A stretch of 64,000 bases of DNA, from positions 1 to 64,000 of the forward strand of contig CAXXSM010000050.1 of assembly GCA_963663405.2 (NCBI GenBank), written 5' to 3'. This document shows, piece after piece, positions 40,042 to 51,800 of the stretch. Each line of letters starts with the position of its first letter. Within the stretch, counting starts at the first letter, position 1. The notes below the pieces were generated by a model. That model ran no database searches and was not told where the DNA came from. It saw only the letters and a program-made list of their open reading frames with translations. Source of the stretch: a bacterium. Its GTDB lineage: Bacteria > Hinthialibacterota > Hinthialibacteria > Hinthialibacterales > Hinthialibacteraceae. Both the position numbers and the translations under genes were made by a program.

Positions 40042-40208
40042 TCAATGAGGCAGGTATCCTGGCTCCCGGGCGTTGCCATCCTACTCCCTCACCTTCTCAT
40101 CCGTATGGACAATGGTCACGAGGTTTCGTTCCCGGTTACAGTGGCGGAACCGCGCCGGATTCTCACCGGCTTCCCTTTTCAACCGCTTTTCAGCGGTCAC
40201 CCCACTAA
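40042..40208 (-). ncRNA. Cobalamin riboswitch 2
   Basis: GGT-P2(GACCGC..GCGGTT)-GAAAAGGGAAGCCGGTGAGAATCCGGCGCGGTTCCGCCACTGTAACCGGG...AGCCAGGATACCTGCC. Confidence 0.95.
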
Positions 40209-40224
40209 GTTATGTCTAAAGAAA

Positions 40225-40253
40225 ATAATAGAAGATTCTCCACTTGCGATCAA
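40225..40253 (-). promoter_or_regulatory. Putative sigma70 promoter for the riboswitch 2 operon
   Basis: TTGATC-17nt-TATTAT. Confidence 0.6.
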
Positions 40254-40402
40254 GAGGACCAGAGGAAGCGTATAGATCAATTGACTGAATATATAGAATT
40301 TAATGAAACACTGTATCCCGAATCTACAAGCCATGTTATAATCCATTATATCAGCAGGCGCGCAAAAGCCGCCGCTTTTCATTTTAGGAGCAGAATGATC
40401 CT

Positions 40403-42372
40403 ATGAGCGTATTTCAGGTAAGGCTGCTATCCTCTGATTCCATCTCTATCGGCGCATGCGCGTGTTTACATAATCATCCCACATACCGTATCGTTAAAGT
40501 TGACTCGATGCGGGAACTACTCCCAGAAGATAGAGATTCGCTGGCCGTATTGTCTCTCCCCACCGCGAATAACGCGCCGGACAAATTAGGCGTTACTACG
40601 CCGCTGCTTCTTCTGGTTGATGAACAAGAGCAGGAAGTTCCGCCCGTCATTACGTCCCGGCCTCTCTGCGCCATACTTGGAACCCGGCCAGGGAAATTGG
40701 TCCTTCAAAAAACCCTTCAGTCTCTTGCGCGGCATGCGTCATCTCACACAGAAATTGAAACACTATCAAAAAGGATACGGTCAGCCCAAAAGGAACTCGA
40801 CAAGTTTAATCGGATCGGCATGGCCCTTGGCTCCGAACGGGACACGGAACGCTTATTTGATTTAATCCTGCAGTATGCGCGGCAAATTACAGACGCCGAC
40901 GGGGAAGCATCTATATCATTCGAGAGAAGACCGATGGGGATGGGAAGACAAAGAAAATTCTCTACTTCGCCAATACGCAAAGCGAAACGCTCTCGATCCC
41001 ATCGAAAAAAATGGAAATGGAGATCTCCGAACAATCAATCTCCGGCCATGTGGCTCTGCATGGCGATATTGTCAATTTGCCGGATGTATACAATCTCCCT
41101 CCAGACAGTGTATTCCGATACAATCCTTCATTTGACCGGAAAATGAATTACCGGGCGAAATCAATGTTAACCCTGCCCATGCGAAACCAAGAAGATGAAG
41201 TGATCGGCGTGCTCCAATTGATCAACAAGAAAAAAAATCCCGGCGTTCCGCTTCGTCCCATTGAAGTGGTGGAAAAGGAGGTAATCCCTTTTACAAAACG
41301 GGATGAGCAACGGGCGCTCGCGTTGGGGGGGCAGGCGGCGGTGGCGCTGGAGAACCGCATTCTCTACGAAGAGATTGAGCAATTGTTTGAGGGCTTTATT
41401 CGCGCCTCGGTAAACGCGATTGAAGCGCGGGATCCGGTCACGTCCGGTCACACGGAACGGGTTACACAGTTGACGCTGGCGCTGGCGCAAGCGGTCAATG
41501 ATATCACCGAAGGGCTGTACGCGGATACAGTATTTACCAGCGACCAGATGCGGGAATTGCGTTACGCCGGTCTATTGCACGATATCGGCAAGATCGGTGT
41601 GCGCGAAGACGTTCTAACCAAGGCGAATAAACTCTATCCCGGTGAGTATGCGGTTCTTTTACATCGTTTTGAGAATATTCGTTTGAGTCTCTGCTCTGAA
41701 CAAAGCCAAGTGATGTTGAAGAACGCGCTGGGCGAGGGCTCAGAAATCTATCAAGAATTCGAAGAGCGATACAAGAATCAATTAAAAGTACAAATTGAGG
41801 AGATCGATTCTATATGGGAACTGATCGAAGCGTTCAACCAACCCAAAGTCCTGCCGGAAGAAGCGTCCGATCTGCTCCCGAAAATCGCTCAACGCACGTA
41901 CCGGAACGCCAAAGGGGAAGAGCAACGATTTTTAACCGATCATGAACTGCACTGTCTTTCCGTCAAAAAAGGCAGTTTGACACCCGAAGAGATTGAAGAA
42001 ATTCGTTCGCACATCATCCATACCCGCAACTTTTTAGAACGTATCCCTTGGACCCGCAATTTAATGGGATTAACCGATATCGCTAGTGGACATCATGAAA
42101 TGCTGAACGGCACCGGCTATCCCCAGCATTTAGAAGGCAAAGAAGTCGTCACGCAAATGCGTATCATGGCGATTGCCGATATCTTTGACGCCTTAACCGC
42201 TTCCGACCGGCCATATAAAAAAGCCGTGCCAGTGGATCGCGCCCTTCGGATTCTGGAATTCGAAGTGAAAGACAATCGCCTTGACGCCGAACTGGTTCGA
42301 ATTTTCAAGGAACAGAAGGTGTACGAAACACTACCGGCCTTTGCAAATGAGAGATCAAATCAAACCACATAA
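40403..42372 (+). CDS. GAF plus HD-GYP cyclic-dinucleotide phosphodiesterase (one frameshift near 40900)
   Basis: GAF (VIGVLQLINK), LLHDIGKIG, HHEMLNGTGYP, ADIFDALT..RPYKK; one extra G in the run near 40901 joins the two ORFs. Confidence 0.88.
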
Positions 42373-42375
42373 ACC

Positions 42376-44355
42376 ATGATTGTCACTCCAAAAACAAGAC
42401 GGCGTCTCGCTGGAATGGGTATCGGGAGCCTGATCGCGTTTCTTGCGGTCAATCTGCTTTTCGATCCAAATCCGAACTCCCATGAACCCTTATTTGCGTT
42501 CGACGCCTGGTGTTACGACCGCCTGTTGATCCATCGTTCCGTTCCACCTCAAGAGGAAGGGGCGCCCATCCCTGAAGTGTTCATTCTTGCCTTCGATGAA
42601 GACAGTTTTGACAACCTCAAAACACTCCCCGATCCCCGTCTTGCGCAATGGCCGTGGCCGCCGTCTCTATTCGCGCAGGTCATTAACCGCCTGAAGCGCT
42701 TGGGAGTAACGGCGATCGGTATCGATAAATTATTCAATGAATCTCATCTTCTCGATCCTTTAGACAATCCCAATCAGTTGGAAAAAGAACTGGCGACGGC
42801 GTGTGAGAATCATGGAAAGGTGATACTGGCGAGTAAGTTTGAGACAGTTTTTCCTGATGGGATCAGTCAATATGAATTGATCCGGGAACCATTGGATATC
42901 CTGCTCCAAAGCGCAGCCTCCGGGTTTACCTCTCTGCCAAAAGATCCAGACAAGAGCATCCGCAGCGCCTATATTTCCCGTAAACTCGATAACATGGAGT
43001 ATCTCTCTTTCGCCGCGCAAATCGTTCGCCAGTATAAGAATCTAAGCGCGGAGGATCTCGTTCTCAATCAGGAAGAGTATTCCATTCTTGGGGATATCAC
43101 CATTCCTCTGCGCCACGAGACTTTTTCCATCGCCTATGATGGAGAACGTATTCAAACGTTTCCGTTTTATGTATTTGTTGATGAATTCTACGAAATCTAT
43201 TCCGAGATACTCTTCAGTCCCGCGGTGGATGTAGGAGTCGAATCGTTCGACATCAATCGTTTCAAGAACAGTATTGTACTCCTGGGAGCCACCTCCGGCG
43301 AATTGATCCACGACCAACATAAAACACCGATCCAGGCCGATATGATACCGGGCGTGGAGATTCACGCCAATATCATAAAAACACTGTTATCAAAATATTT
43401 CATCCGTCACGCCGATGATGCGCTGCAGATGTGGGGAACGTTTTTCATAACCGTGGGAATCTGCGCTCTATCAGCGTTCGCTTCGATCCGGAACAGTATT
43501 ATCGCAAGCATTTGTGCGATTTTTGGCTGGATTGCAGGAGCTTCGTTGGCGCTCTTGTATGGGGTGTTGGCGATTCGGATTATCACTCCCGTAGTTTGTA
43601 TTTTTACGGGCGCGGCGGCGTCAATCTCCTATCGATTCATTTTTGAAGAACGTGAAAAGCGGTATCTAAAACGTCTCTTTTCCAAAGCGACCGATACAAA
43701 ACTCGTTGAACAGCTATTAGCGAATCCAGAACTGGTCAAGCTGGGAGGAGAACGGCGGCGTGTGACAATTCTCTTTAGCGATATTCGTTCGTTTTCCACC
43801 CTCTCCGAGACGATGGATCCGGAAGCGCTGCTCACTTTTCTCAACCAGTATTTTTCATCGGTCACCGAAGTCATCTTCCGGAATCATGGGATGATCGACA
43901 AGTTCATCGGTGACGCGGTCATGGCGATCTTCGGGGCGCCGGTTCCGTCGGATGACCACACGTATTGGGCCTGTAAAACCGGCGTCGAAATGCTGCGCGT
44001 CCAAAAAGAGATCGCTGAATCAAGGGGGGATGAAACTCCATTCCGGATCGGAATTGGGATTCATACCGGCTTTGTGGTATTGGGTAACCTGGGTTCTGAA
44101 AAACGCAGCGATTATACCTGCATCGGCGACGCGGTCAATATCGCCTCCCGGATCGAAGGGATTAACAAAACACTGAAAACCGAACTATTGATCAGCGAAG
44201 ACACATACAATGAGATCCGTGATCTCGCCGAAGTGCGGAATGTGGGAGAAACCGAAATCCGTGGGCGAAAAGGAACCGTTTTACTATACGAATTACGAAA
44301 CATCCGCGAGGGCGGTATACTGGACGGCAATCAAGAAGGCAAGGGAGACCAATAA
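42376..44355 (+). CDS. CHASE2-domain class III adenylate/guanylate cyclase
   Basis: WPWP, PGVEIHAN, TM helices, LFSDIRSF, DKFIGDAVM, GDAVNIASRIE. Confidence 0.92.
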   Translation: MIVTPKTRRRLAGMGIGSLIAFLAVNLLFDPNPNSHEPLFAFDAWCYDRLLIHRSVPPQEEGAPIPEVFILAFDEDSFDNLKTLPDPRLAQWPWPPSLFAQVINRLKRLGVTAIGIDKLFNESHLLDPLDNPNQLEKELATACENHGKVILASKFETVFPDGISQYELIREPLDILLQSAASGFTSLPKDPDKSIRSAYISRKLDNMEYLSFAAQIVRQYKNLSAEDLVLNQEEYSILGDITIPLRHETFSIAYDGERIQTFPFYVFVDEFYEIYSEILFSPAVDVGVESFDINRFKNSIVLLGATSGELIHDQHKTPIQADMIPGVEIHANIIKTLLSKYFIRHADDALQMWGTFFITVGICALSAFASIRNSIIASICAIFGWIAGASLALLYGVLAIRIITPVVCIFTGAAASISYRFIFEEREKRYLKRLFSKATDTKLVEQLLANPELVKLGGERRRVTILFSDIRSFSTLSETMDPEALLTFLNQYFSSVTEVIFRNHGMIDKFIGDAVMAIFGAPVPSDDHTYWACKTGVEMLRVQKEIAESRGDETPFRIGIGIHTGFVVLGNLGSEKRSDYTCIGDAVNIASRIEGINKTLKTELLISEDTYNEIRDLAEVRNVGETEIRGRKGTVLLYELRNIREGGILDGNQEGKGDQ

Positions 44356-46422
44356 TGACAACACAAGCACAGAACCGTCTCACGAGAAGATTCTCTCTTT
44401 TTTCAGCGATTGTCTTCTATCTGCTGGCGCCGGTTATTCAATGCCAGCCGGCTCAACCGGAGACATACGCGAAAGTGATGTATGTGAAAGGCGCGGTGGA
44501 ACTCTACCGGCAAGGGGAAACGGAGCCACTTTCTCCTTCCCGTGGCGCCGATGTGTTCATAGGAGACCGCATGATTACGAAAGCCGCTTCCAAAGCGGTT
44601 CTCATCACAAATGCGCAAAAAATGATCAACCTTCCCGCCAATGCGGAACTCAATATCGGACAAGCGCAAGGCCAATTGATCGCGGGCCTTGGCATGGGGA
44701 TGTTCGCCAGCGGGACAGGCCGGCGGAATATCGGCGCACAGGCCGTCACACGGGATTCGGACCTTACCCCTCAACTCATCTATCCGCGAAATAGCATGAT
44801 TCGAGGGGAGACAATCGTCCTACAATTCGCGCCATTGGAGAACGGCGAGTATTACGAAGTCAAGATGATCGGCGTCGTCCCACAATTCGTCAAGAAAACA
44901 ACCATTGAAACACCAAAACTAACTCTCAGCAAAGAATTAATTGGAAAAGAACTGCTGCCCGGAAAAGCCTATTTTGTCTATGTGACCAAGCGAAACGAAC
45001 AGGGAGAGGAACTAATCCCAGAAGAAAAAATCCGTGTTGGAATGGTTACACCCGAAACACAAAAAGAGATTGAAAATGTCGAAAAGGAATTACAAGCGCT
45101 GATCGAAGAAGAGAAAGAGAACCTCGCCTATCCCACCCTTTTGGCGGAGACGTATGAAGCGAACTATCTCTATCACGACGCGATCGCGCTCTATGAGAAA
45201 ATCTACAACGAACTTGCTCCGGGCGATTCTTACTGCCTGGATCGGCTGAAACATCTTTATACTATCACCAACAATCCACCGGCCTTGCGTATATTGATGG
45301 ACGAAGAGAAAAAGGCAACGGATCCGATCCCATTTGAATGGCAACCATCTCCGCCTAGTGAACAGGGATTCAATGAGGAAAAACTCGCCGAAGCGCTTGC
45401 GATAGTGAGGGAACATTCCACACAAGGTCTGTTCGTCGCGCGCGGAGACCGGGTCGTTTGTGAATGGTATTCCCCAGAATTAGGGCCTAAAAAATCCCAC
45501 TACACCGCATCCCTAGCCCAAAGCGTTAGTTGGCGGCATGTCGTTGCTCTTAGCGCTGAATGACGGCCTGATTGAGATTGACGATCCAGCGGAGAAATAT
45601 ATCTCCACCTGGGAAAGACGATCCCACCCGCGCAGGGATCACGATCCGCCATCTCGCGACGCACTCATCCGGTGTGGAAGATGCGGAAGTTGCCGGGAAT
45701 GGGGCATCTTGAATCCGGCGGCTGGAAATCCCGATTCTGGAAACGCGATCCAGACCCATTCACGATCGCGCGGGATTGGGCGCCGATGAAGTTTAAACCC
45801 GGCGCCGGTTTTGAATACAGCAATCCAGGAATGGCCCTCTTGTCGTATTCGATAACCGTGGCCCTTCAAGATACGCCTCATAAAAACATTCGCCAATTGC
45901 TCCATGAACGAATCATGAATCCAATCGGCGTAGCGGACGAAGACTGGTCCATCGGATATGGAAAAACCTATCCCGTTGAAGGATACGGCATGGTCGCCAA
46001 TTGGGGAGGTGGCTCGTACACAGCCCGCGCTGTGGCAACTCCGCGGTGGGACGTTTAATGCTGCGTAAAGGCGATTGGCAGGGCCAGACTCTCATTAATC
46101 CATTCTTGGGTCGATCGTGTCACAACCGACGCAGGAACGCCCGATCCCTACCGGGGACCAGGAGAAGGCCCTTGCCCCCGCGCTGGGCTGGCCTGGTGGG
46201 TCAATTGCGGATGGCGTATTATCCAAACTGCCGAAAGACGCGTTCATGGGAGCCGGCGCAGGGAATCAGGTCCTCATCGTTGTTCCCAGTTTAGATTTAA
46301 TCGTTGTACGTTTTGGAAGCCAAATGGAAAAAGACAGTTTTTGGGGAGGGATCGAAAACTGCCTTGTCAATCCATTAATGGACGCCATTATGAAAATAAA
46401 AACAAAAAGAGGACTGTTATGA
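44355..46422 (+). CDS. Secreted FecR/DUF928-like plus TPR-like protein continuing into a class C beta-lactamase-like serine hydrolase domain (several frameshifts after about 45520)
   Basis: N-terminal VKGAVE..G..V.IGDR.IT; later ASLA(K) SxxK, HLATHSSG, YSNPG, GAGNQVLIVVPSLDLIVVRFG spread over frames. Confidence 0.65.
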
Positions 46423-47437
46423 TACGTAGATTCGTTTTACTCCTTTATTATACCATTGTCAATCGAGTGCGTTTCATCCGAAGCGCCTTATCCTCCAAGC
46501 CCCGTAATCGCAGGTTATCGTATGGGCGCCATCCACCACGATCCAACGGCAAGCGAAGGGAAGCGACAACTGGCCGATCACCTGGGGCGCCGATGGGAAC
46601 CTTTACACCGCCTACGGTGACGGTTTCGGATTTGAGCCCCATGTTCCAACAAAGTTAAGCCTTGGATTGGCCAAAATCATTGGTCCTCCCCACGCCTGTA
46701 AAGGAATCAATATCCGGTCATCCAGCGCCGAACAACTCGGTGACGGCGTCAAAGGCAAAAAAGCCAGTGGTATGATCGCGATCGATGGGATTTTATACAT
46801 GTGGGTACGAAACGCGGGTAATTCCCAACTGGCATGGTCATCCGATTATGGGAAAAATTGGACGTGGAGCAACTGGAAGTTTGAGATAAGTTTCGGCTGC
46901 CCAACGTTCTTGAATTTCGGTCAAAACTACGATAATGCGCGAGATAACTTTGTTTATATCTATTCCCAGGACACAGACAGCGCGTATGAACCCGCGGACC
47001 ACATGGTCATGGCGCGGGTTCCCAAAGACCAGATCACCATTCGCAGCGCCTATCAATTCTTCCAAAAACTCGATGAGAAAGGGAATCCCCGCTGGACAAA
47101 TGACATCGAAAAACGAGGCGGTGTTTTCTTCCATCCCAATCGATGTTACCGATCCGGTATCTCATACAACGCCGGTCTCAAACGATATCTCTGGTCTCAA
47201 GTTCTCCCCGGTGAATCCCCTCGGTTCGAAGGAGGCTTCGGCATTTACGACGCGCCGGAACCCTGGGGACCGTGGACCACGGTTTTTTTCACGGAAAAAT
47301 GGGATGTAGGGCCAGGAGAGACAAACTCATTTCCCCCCAAGTGGATAAGTCAAGATGGGAAAACCGCATACCTCGTTTTTTCCGGCGATGACTATTTCTC
47401 TATCCGGAAAGCCCAATTCAAAACCACTTCCCGTTAA
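46419..47437 (+). CDS. DUF4185-like secreted protein (frameshifted N-terminus)
   Basis: PYPPSPVI, GSDNWPITWGADGNLYTAYGDG, DAPEPWGPWT, FPPKW. Confidence 0.65.
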
Positions 47438-47565
47438 TATAATTAATTAAAACAGCGGAAAGAGAAATTCAGAACATCCCATCCAGAAGGAACATTTTAA
47501 TCCCAACCTGTATATATTACGTTATTTTTAGTAGTAAATAATTATTACTATTCTTAATTTGACGG

Positions 47566-47595
47566 TTGACAATTGATTTGAAATACTATTATAAT
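47566..47595 (+). promoter_or_regulatory. Consensus sigma70 promoter in AT-rich intergenic region
   Basis: TTGACA-18nt-TATAAT. Confidence 0.55.
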
Positions 47596-47961
47596 GTGTA
47601 ACAATTTATTTTTGGAGCAGAGCCATAATCTTTACAGGCGCAAAAGAGAAAGATTATAAAGATGTATTTGCGGATTTTATATCCCAAATCATTACAACAC
47701 CATTGATTCTCCCCTTCGTATTTCTTTTTTGCTTACTTTTTGATCTATATTCTCAATCTCCTGTGAATCCCGGATGAAGTGGCAGACGCTTCCACAAATT
47801 CATTAGCCATTCAAAAAAATCTAATTGCAGTGTGATTCCCATAAAGAATATTGTACGCTGAGAGAAAATTAAAATCAAAAAAAAATTGATTTTAAATTAA
47901 ATTTAGTGTAATATGAGATTGATTTTTATGAATTATTCTTAATGTGAATAGAGGGAATAAA

Positions 47962-48039
47962 ATGAAAGGGTGGATACTGGCAATTTTTATAGGGATTTTA
48001 ATTTGGATGGGAGTGTTTGCCGCTTTCTTTGGTGTATAA
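47962..48039 (+). CDS. 25-aa hydrophobic single-TM peptide MKGWILAIFIGILIWMGVFAAFFGV
   Basis: GAGGGA RBS, TTGATT-17nt-TAATAT upstream, GC-richer than flanks. Confidence 0.55.
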   Translation: MKGWILAIFIGILIWMGVFAAFFGV

Positions 48040-48362
48040 CGGCGACACTACTAACAGTAAAAGAACGATTAAGCACAATAAAATACTTGGATGTATGTGA
48101 GTATTTCTGAGAAAATGAATTTCGATTGCTTTCTCAATCGAGATATCTCCCGAAACTCATTTTCTTATGCTGGTTGTAACCTCAAATCATGACGGATTGT
48201 ATGGGATAATCATCTAAAAATAGTCTAAATATCATCTTGCGGTTAATAGATTAATTCCCATATTCACAACAAAATACGTCTTGCTTGATTTAAGAAGAGG
48301 CCAAGCTGAGGAGAAGGCATTAGGAGTAACAGTTTGAAACTTTCATAGTCCTTAGAGGATTC

Positions 48363-48545
48363 TTAAATATCTGTACGAATACGGGACCGGATGCGGCTGC
48401 GTTCTGAGGTTGGATCTTCGCGTAGATAGATACAATGTAAATATTTTTCCATTTTAGAAAGAAAAAAGAACGGGCACTTCGTTCCACCGAGTAAACAAAC
48501 TTCTGATAAATGACATTGATTAAGTTGTTGTTTTGTTTTTTGCAT
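48363..48545 (-). CDS. Small Cys-containing hypothetical protein (60 aa)
   Basis: C-x5-C-x6-C-x13-C pattern, basic tail; weak RBS. Confidence 0.35.
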   Translation of the reverse strand: MQKTKQQLNQCHLSEVCLLGGTKCPFFFLSKMEKYLHCIYLREDPTSERSRIRSRIRTDI

Positions 48546-49072
48546 GGCGTTTTTTCCAGTCATGAAGAGTGATAAAAGATTAAACAATCATGACTCCACA
48601 TGTAAAAGATCCATTATTGACGAAATAGCATTACGACAAATACATCGTTTCGTATCTAAAAAAAATTGATATAAAAAGAATAATTCCATACAAGATATTA
48701 TTAAATCATCTCACAGGAACCTTTTACCGCCACTCCATTATATCACATTATCGACGGCACCAAAGAAAACTTGTTCTGAGTAGATAAAAGAAAATTATAA
48801 ATCGATATGTTTCTTTACTGAATACGATCATTATAAAAACATATTCTTCTTATATTATAGTATAATTTTAAGAAATGAAAAGAGATTTTTTGTTTAATTC
48901 TCGTTGGAATAATTCAAATTATATGTGTCTACACTCCAATAACCTTTCTAAACAGATAAAACGCTATTTAACTATTAATTGATAAATAGCCACCAACCTT
49001 CTTCAATTAAGATAAAAGCAATAAGGAAAGATATGAAAAACCGATGGTAAGAATGTCTTTTTATACGCCTAT

Positions 49073-51429
49073 TTACCGATTCTCCGCCGAGCGTCGTAAT
49101 TCGCGGCTGCAAGTATAAAATTCCTTCAAATCCAGTTCTTTCAAAAAAACAATCCCACGAGTCGCGCGGATCTGAGCGCTGGGATGTTCTTGAAACCACT
49201 CACGGCCTAGACAGGTTTTCAGAGTTTGATACTGTTCGACTTGGATTTTCTGCGCCAACTCACAGAATGGCCCATCATGCTCATAACTGGGAAATGACGC
49301 TTCTTTTTGGGAGATAAATGTATTCATAAACGCGCTGCGCATGGTTGAAAACATACTCAGAGAAACGGGGATATACCGGTTCGCTTCGCTGGGATGAAAC
49401 CGGTACCAAACGTTACGGTATCCCCATACTCGCAGATCCGAGGCGCCGGTATTTTCCTCATATTGGCGCAACGCTTCCGAGACCGCCTGCATGACTTTGT
49501 AGTGTGTATCCGGTCCACTCGCTTCTGGATCCAACGCGACACTGACAACGCGGGGTCTCACTTCCTCCAGCAAGGAGACAATCGGGGGAATATCTCGTCC
49601 CACGGCCGGCTCTTCGGTGAAAATATCACCCGTGTAAAAACCAAGACGAAGATGACGCACCCGTTCACAGTTCCACCCGAAATACCCCCACAGGCATTCC
49701 GCCTCCCATTCCCGGCACATGCCTTTCAGACGCTGTGTGTGAGCAGGATCTTTCTTGCCTGGATAACCATGTTTTATACTATGTTCGATATCGCCGATTC
49801 GCGCTTTGATATCCGCCAAACCCGACCGGCCGAAGATCTCGATTAGATCCCGCAGCAACCGGCGGGCGGAGCCTTTTTGTTTCCGGCTTTCGCTGCCCGC
49901 CGCCACACCGTCAAGGTATTGCCAGACATCCCGGTTTCGGGCCATGTCGTTCTCTGGATCGAAATATCCCTCCCGCATCAACGCCGCAAAAGGCGGCGTA
50001 TCAATAAATGCGCGCAGAATTTCAAACCGGCGAGCTAAATACCCATTGGTCACAGCGGTAAATCCACTTGTCATGGTGGCGAAATAGTGGGAATTGCTTG
50101 TATCACGGATACTCCGCACAACCGCGGGAAGATAACCAAGCATGATATCATCATGATGGGGTTCTGTATGCAGAAAACTGGTGTTCGAATACAGCCGCTC
50201 TCCTTTTTCGATTCTTTCGATCAACCGGTCCCCGAACGATATTCGCCATTGTCTCCGCCGATTCGGGACGTTTTTTCAGCAGTTCCGCCGCAAATCGGTT
50301 GGACTCGAAGTCTTGGCGCCGAAGATCCACAAGGCGTTTGTTCTTATCAAGCGCCAAATTGATAACGATCCGTTCCATGTCAGGATCTTCGATTGTCTCC
50401 AGCAGGGTAATGGAATGATACTGGCGTTCTTTTAATTTTTTCGCGGCGCCATGGGTGAGATAAAACCGCGCGTTCGGGAGGTCCTGCAAAGCCGAGGCCG
50501 GTATCAATACATTCTTTTTCCCCTGAGCCGCTGAGGAAACGACATCCGCTTTCGCTTCTCCAGCCGCGATAATGATTGCCGTACAATCGGGATTATAAGT
50601 AATCGTCCCCAAGCCGATGGTAATCACAAGCCGGTTGCGCGATATCTCGATCCCCCCCAAATCCCCCGCCGCAGCGGCTTGGGTCATGTAGTTCGTCGCG
50701 GCCAAGCGTGTCGTGCAATGATGATAGGAACCACGAACATTGAATCCGATATGCCCATCCGGTCCGATCCCACCTAAGAAAAAGCCGATCCCGCCCATTT
50801 CCCGGATTTTCTCTTCATACTCCTGACACCACTGGTCGATCCGATGCAGGAGCAACTTTTGTTCACATTCAAGCGGTGTTTTTCCCGGACGGCGGCGCAG
50901 CGATAAATCGACAACGCCATCCGGCCAAGCGGCGTCCAATGATTGATCGTATCGAAGACCGATCTTGTAACAATCGATTAACAGAGCCTTATCCAAATCC
51001 AAACCGAATCCATTGATATAAAACCGGTTCACATAATTATAAAAACTATTTTCCTGCCAAGGGTGAATGGGATAGAATTCATCGATCTGAACAAAACGCA
51101 GGCTTTTCATGTCCGGCCGTATCGCTGGATCAATCCCTCCGCTCTCTAGAAGCGATTGCGTATCGGGACGATTCCACGTTTTTAGCAGACGCATGACCCA
51201 TTGAATAAAATGTTCGGGGGTTTTCCCTGTCGGTAGGGGAAATCACACCGCCGGGATTCCGCTGCGCCCACTCCAGGAAACGCAATGCGGTGAATTTTCC
51301 CAGCGAGGGAAAACTATCTACAAGAATCGATTTGATCTTTTCAACCGGCGGATACAGCAACTCAAAATTAGACGCATCCAACGCCACCCGCTCCACACGG
51401 CTCTCTTCCTGAACTCGTTCCTCATTCAT
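49073..51429 (-). CDS. nagB: Long-form glucosamine-6-phosphate deaminase with PIG-L-like C-terminal domain (two frameshifts)
   Basis: Reconstructed GVISLPTGKTP, QIDEFYP, GGIGPDGHIGFN, EPHHDDIMLG; extra bases in runs near 51238 and 50230. Confidence 0.85.
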
Positions 51430-51800
51430 TCGAATTTCTCCTTCATCCAGCGAAAGAAATACTTTTTGGGGAGGATAGTAATCTTGCAGGACAGGCAAAT
51501 ATCGGTTCGCGCGCCAGAGCCTTTTAGCTAAGCGCGGTCTGCCAATACTTAAAATTTCCTTAACACTGCGTCTCACTTAAACACACCATAATATCTATAT
51601 AGATAAAAAAAATACAATCGAAATAAAGCAAATAACGCTATATCGCTCCGTTTTTTATATAGTCTTATATACAGTATTGTAGAAACCATTTCAATTTCGA
51701 AAACCGCGTCGTAGACTTTACTCGATAAAAAGATCGGGCTAGATACACAAAGAGGCTTTCATCTCTCTCTCGATCTTCTCATATCGAAAGGAACAATCCA

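Noticed and set aside
39679-40275. 198-aa plus-strand ORF
   Set aside because: Antisense to riboswitch 2 and its leader; no protein features
47438-49072. CRISPR array, tRNA or IS element in the AT-rich gap
   Set aside because: No regularly spaced direct repeats, cloverleaf or transposase fragment seen
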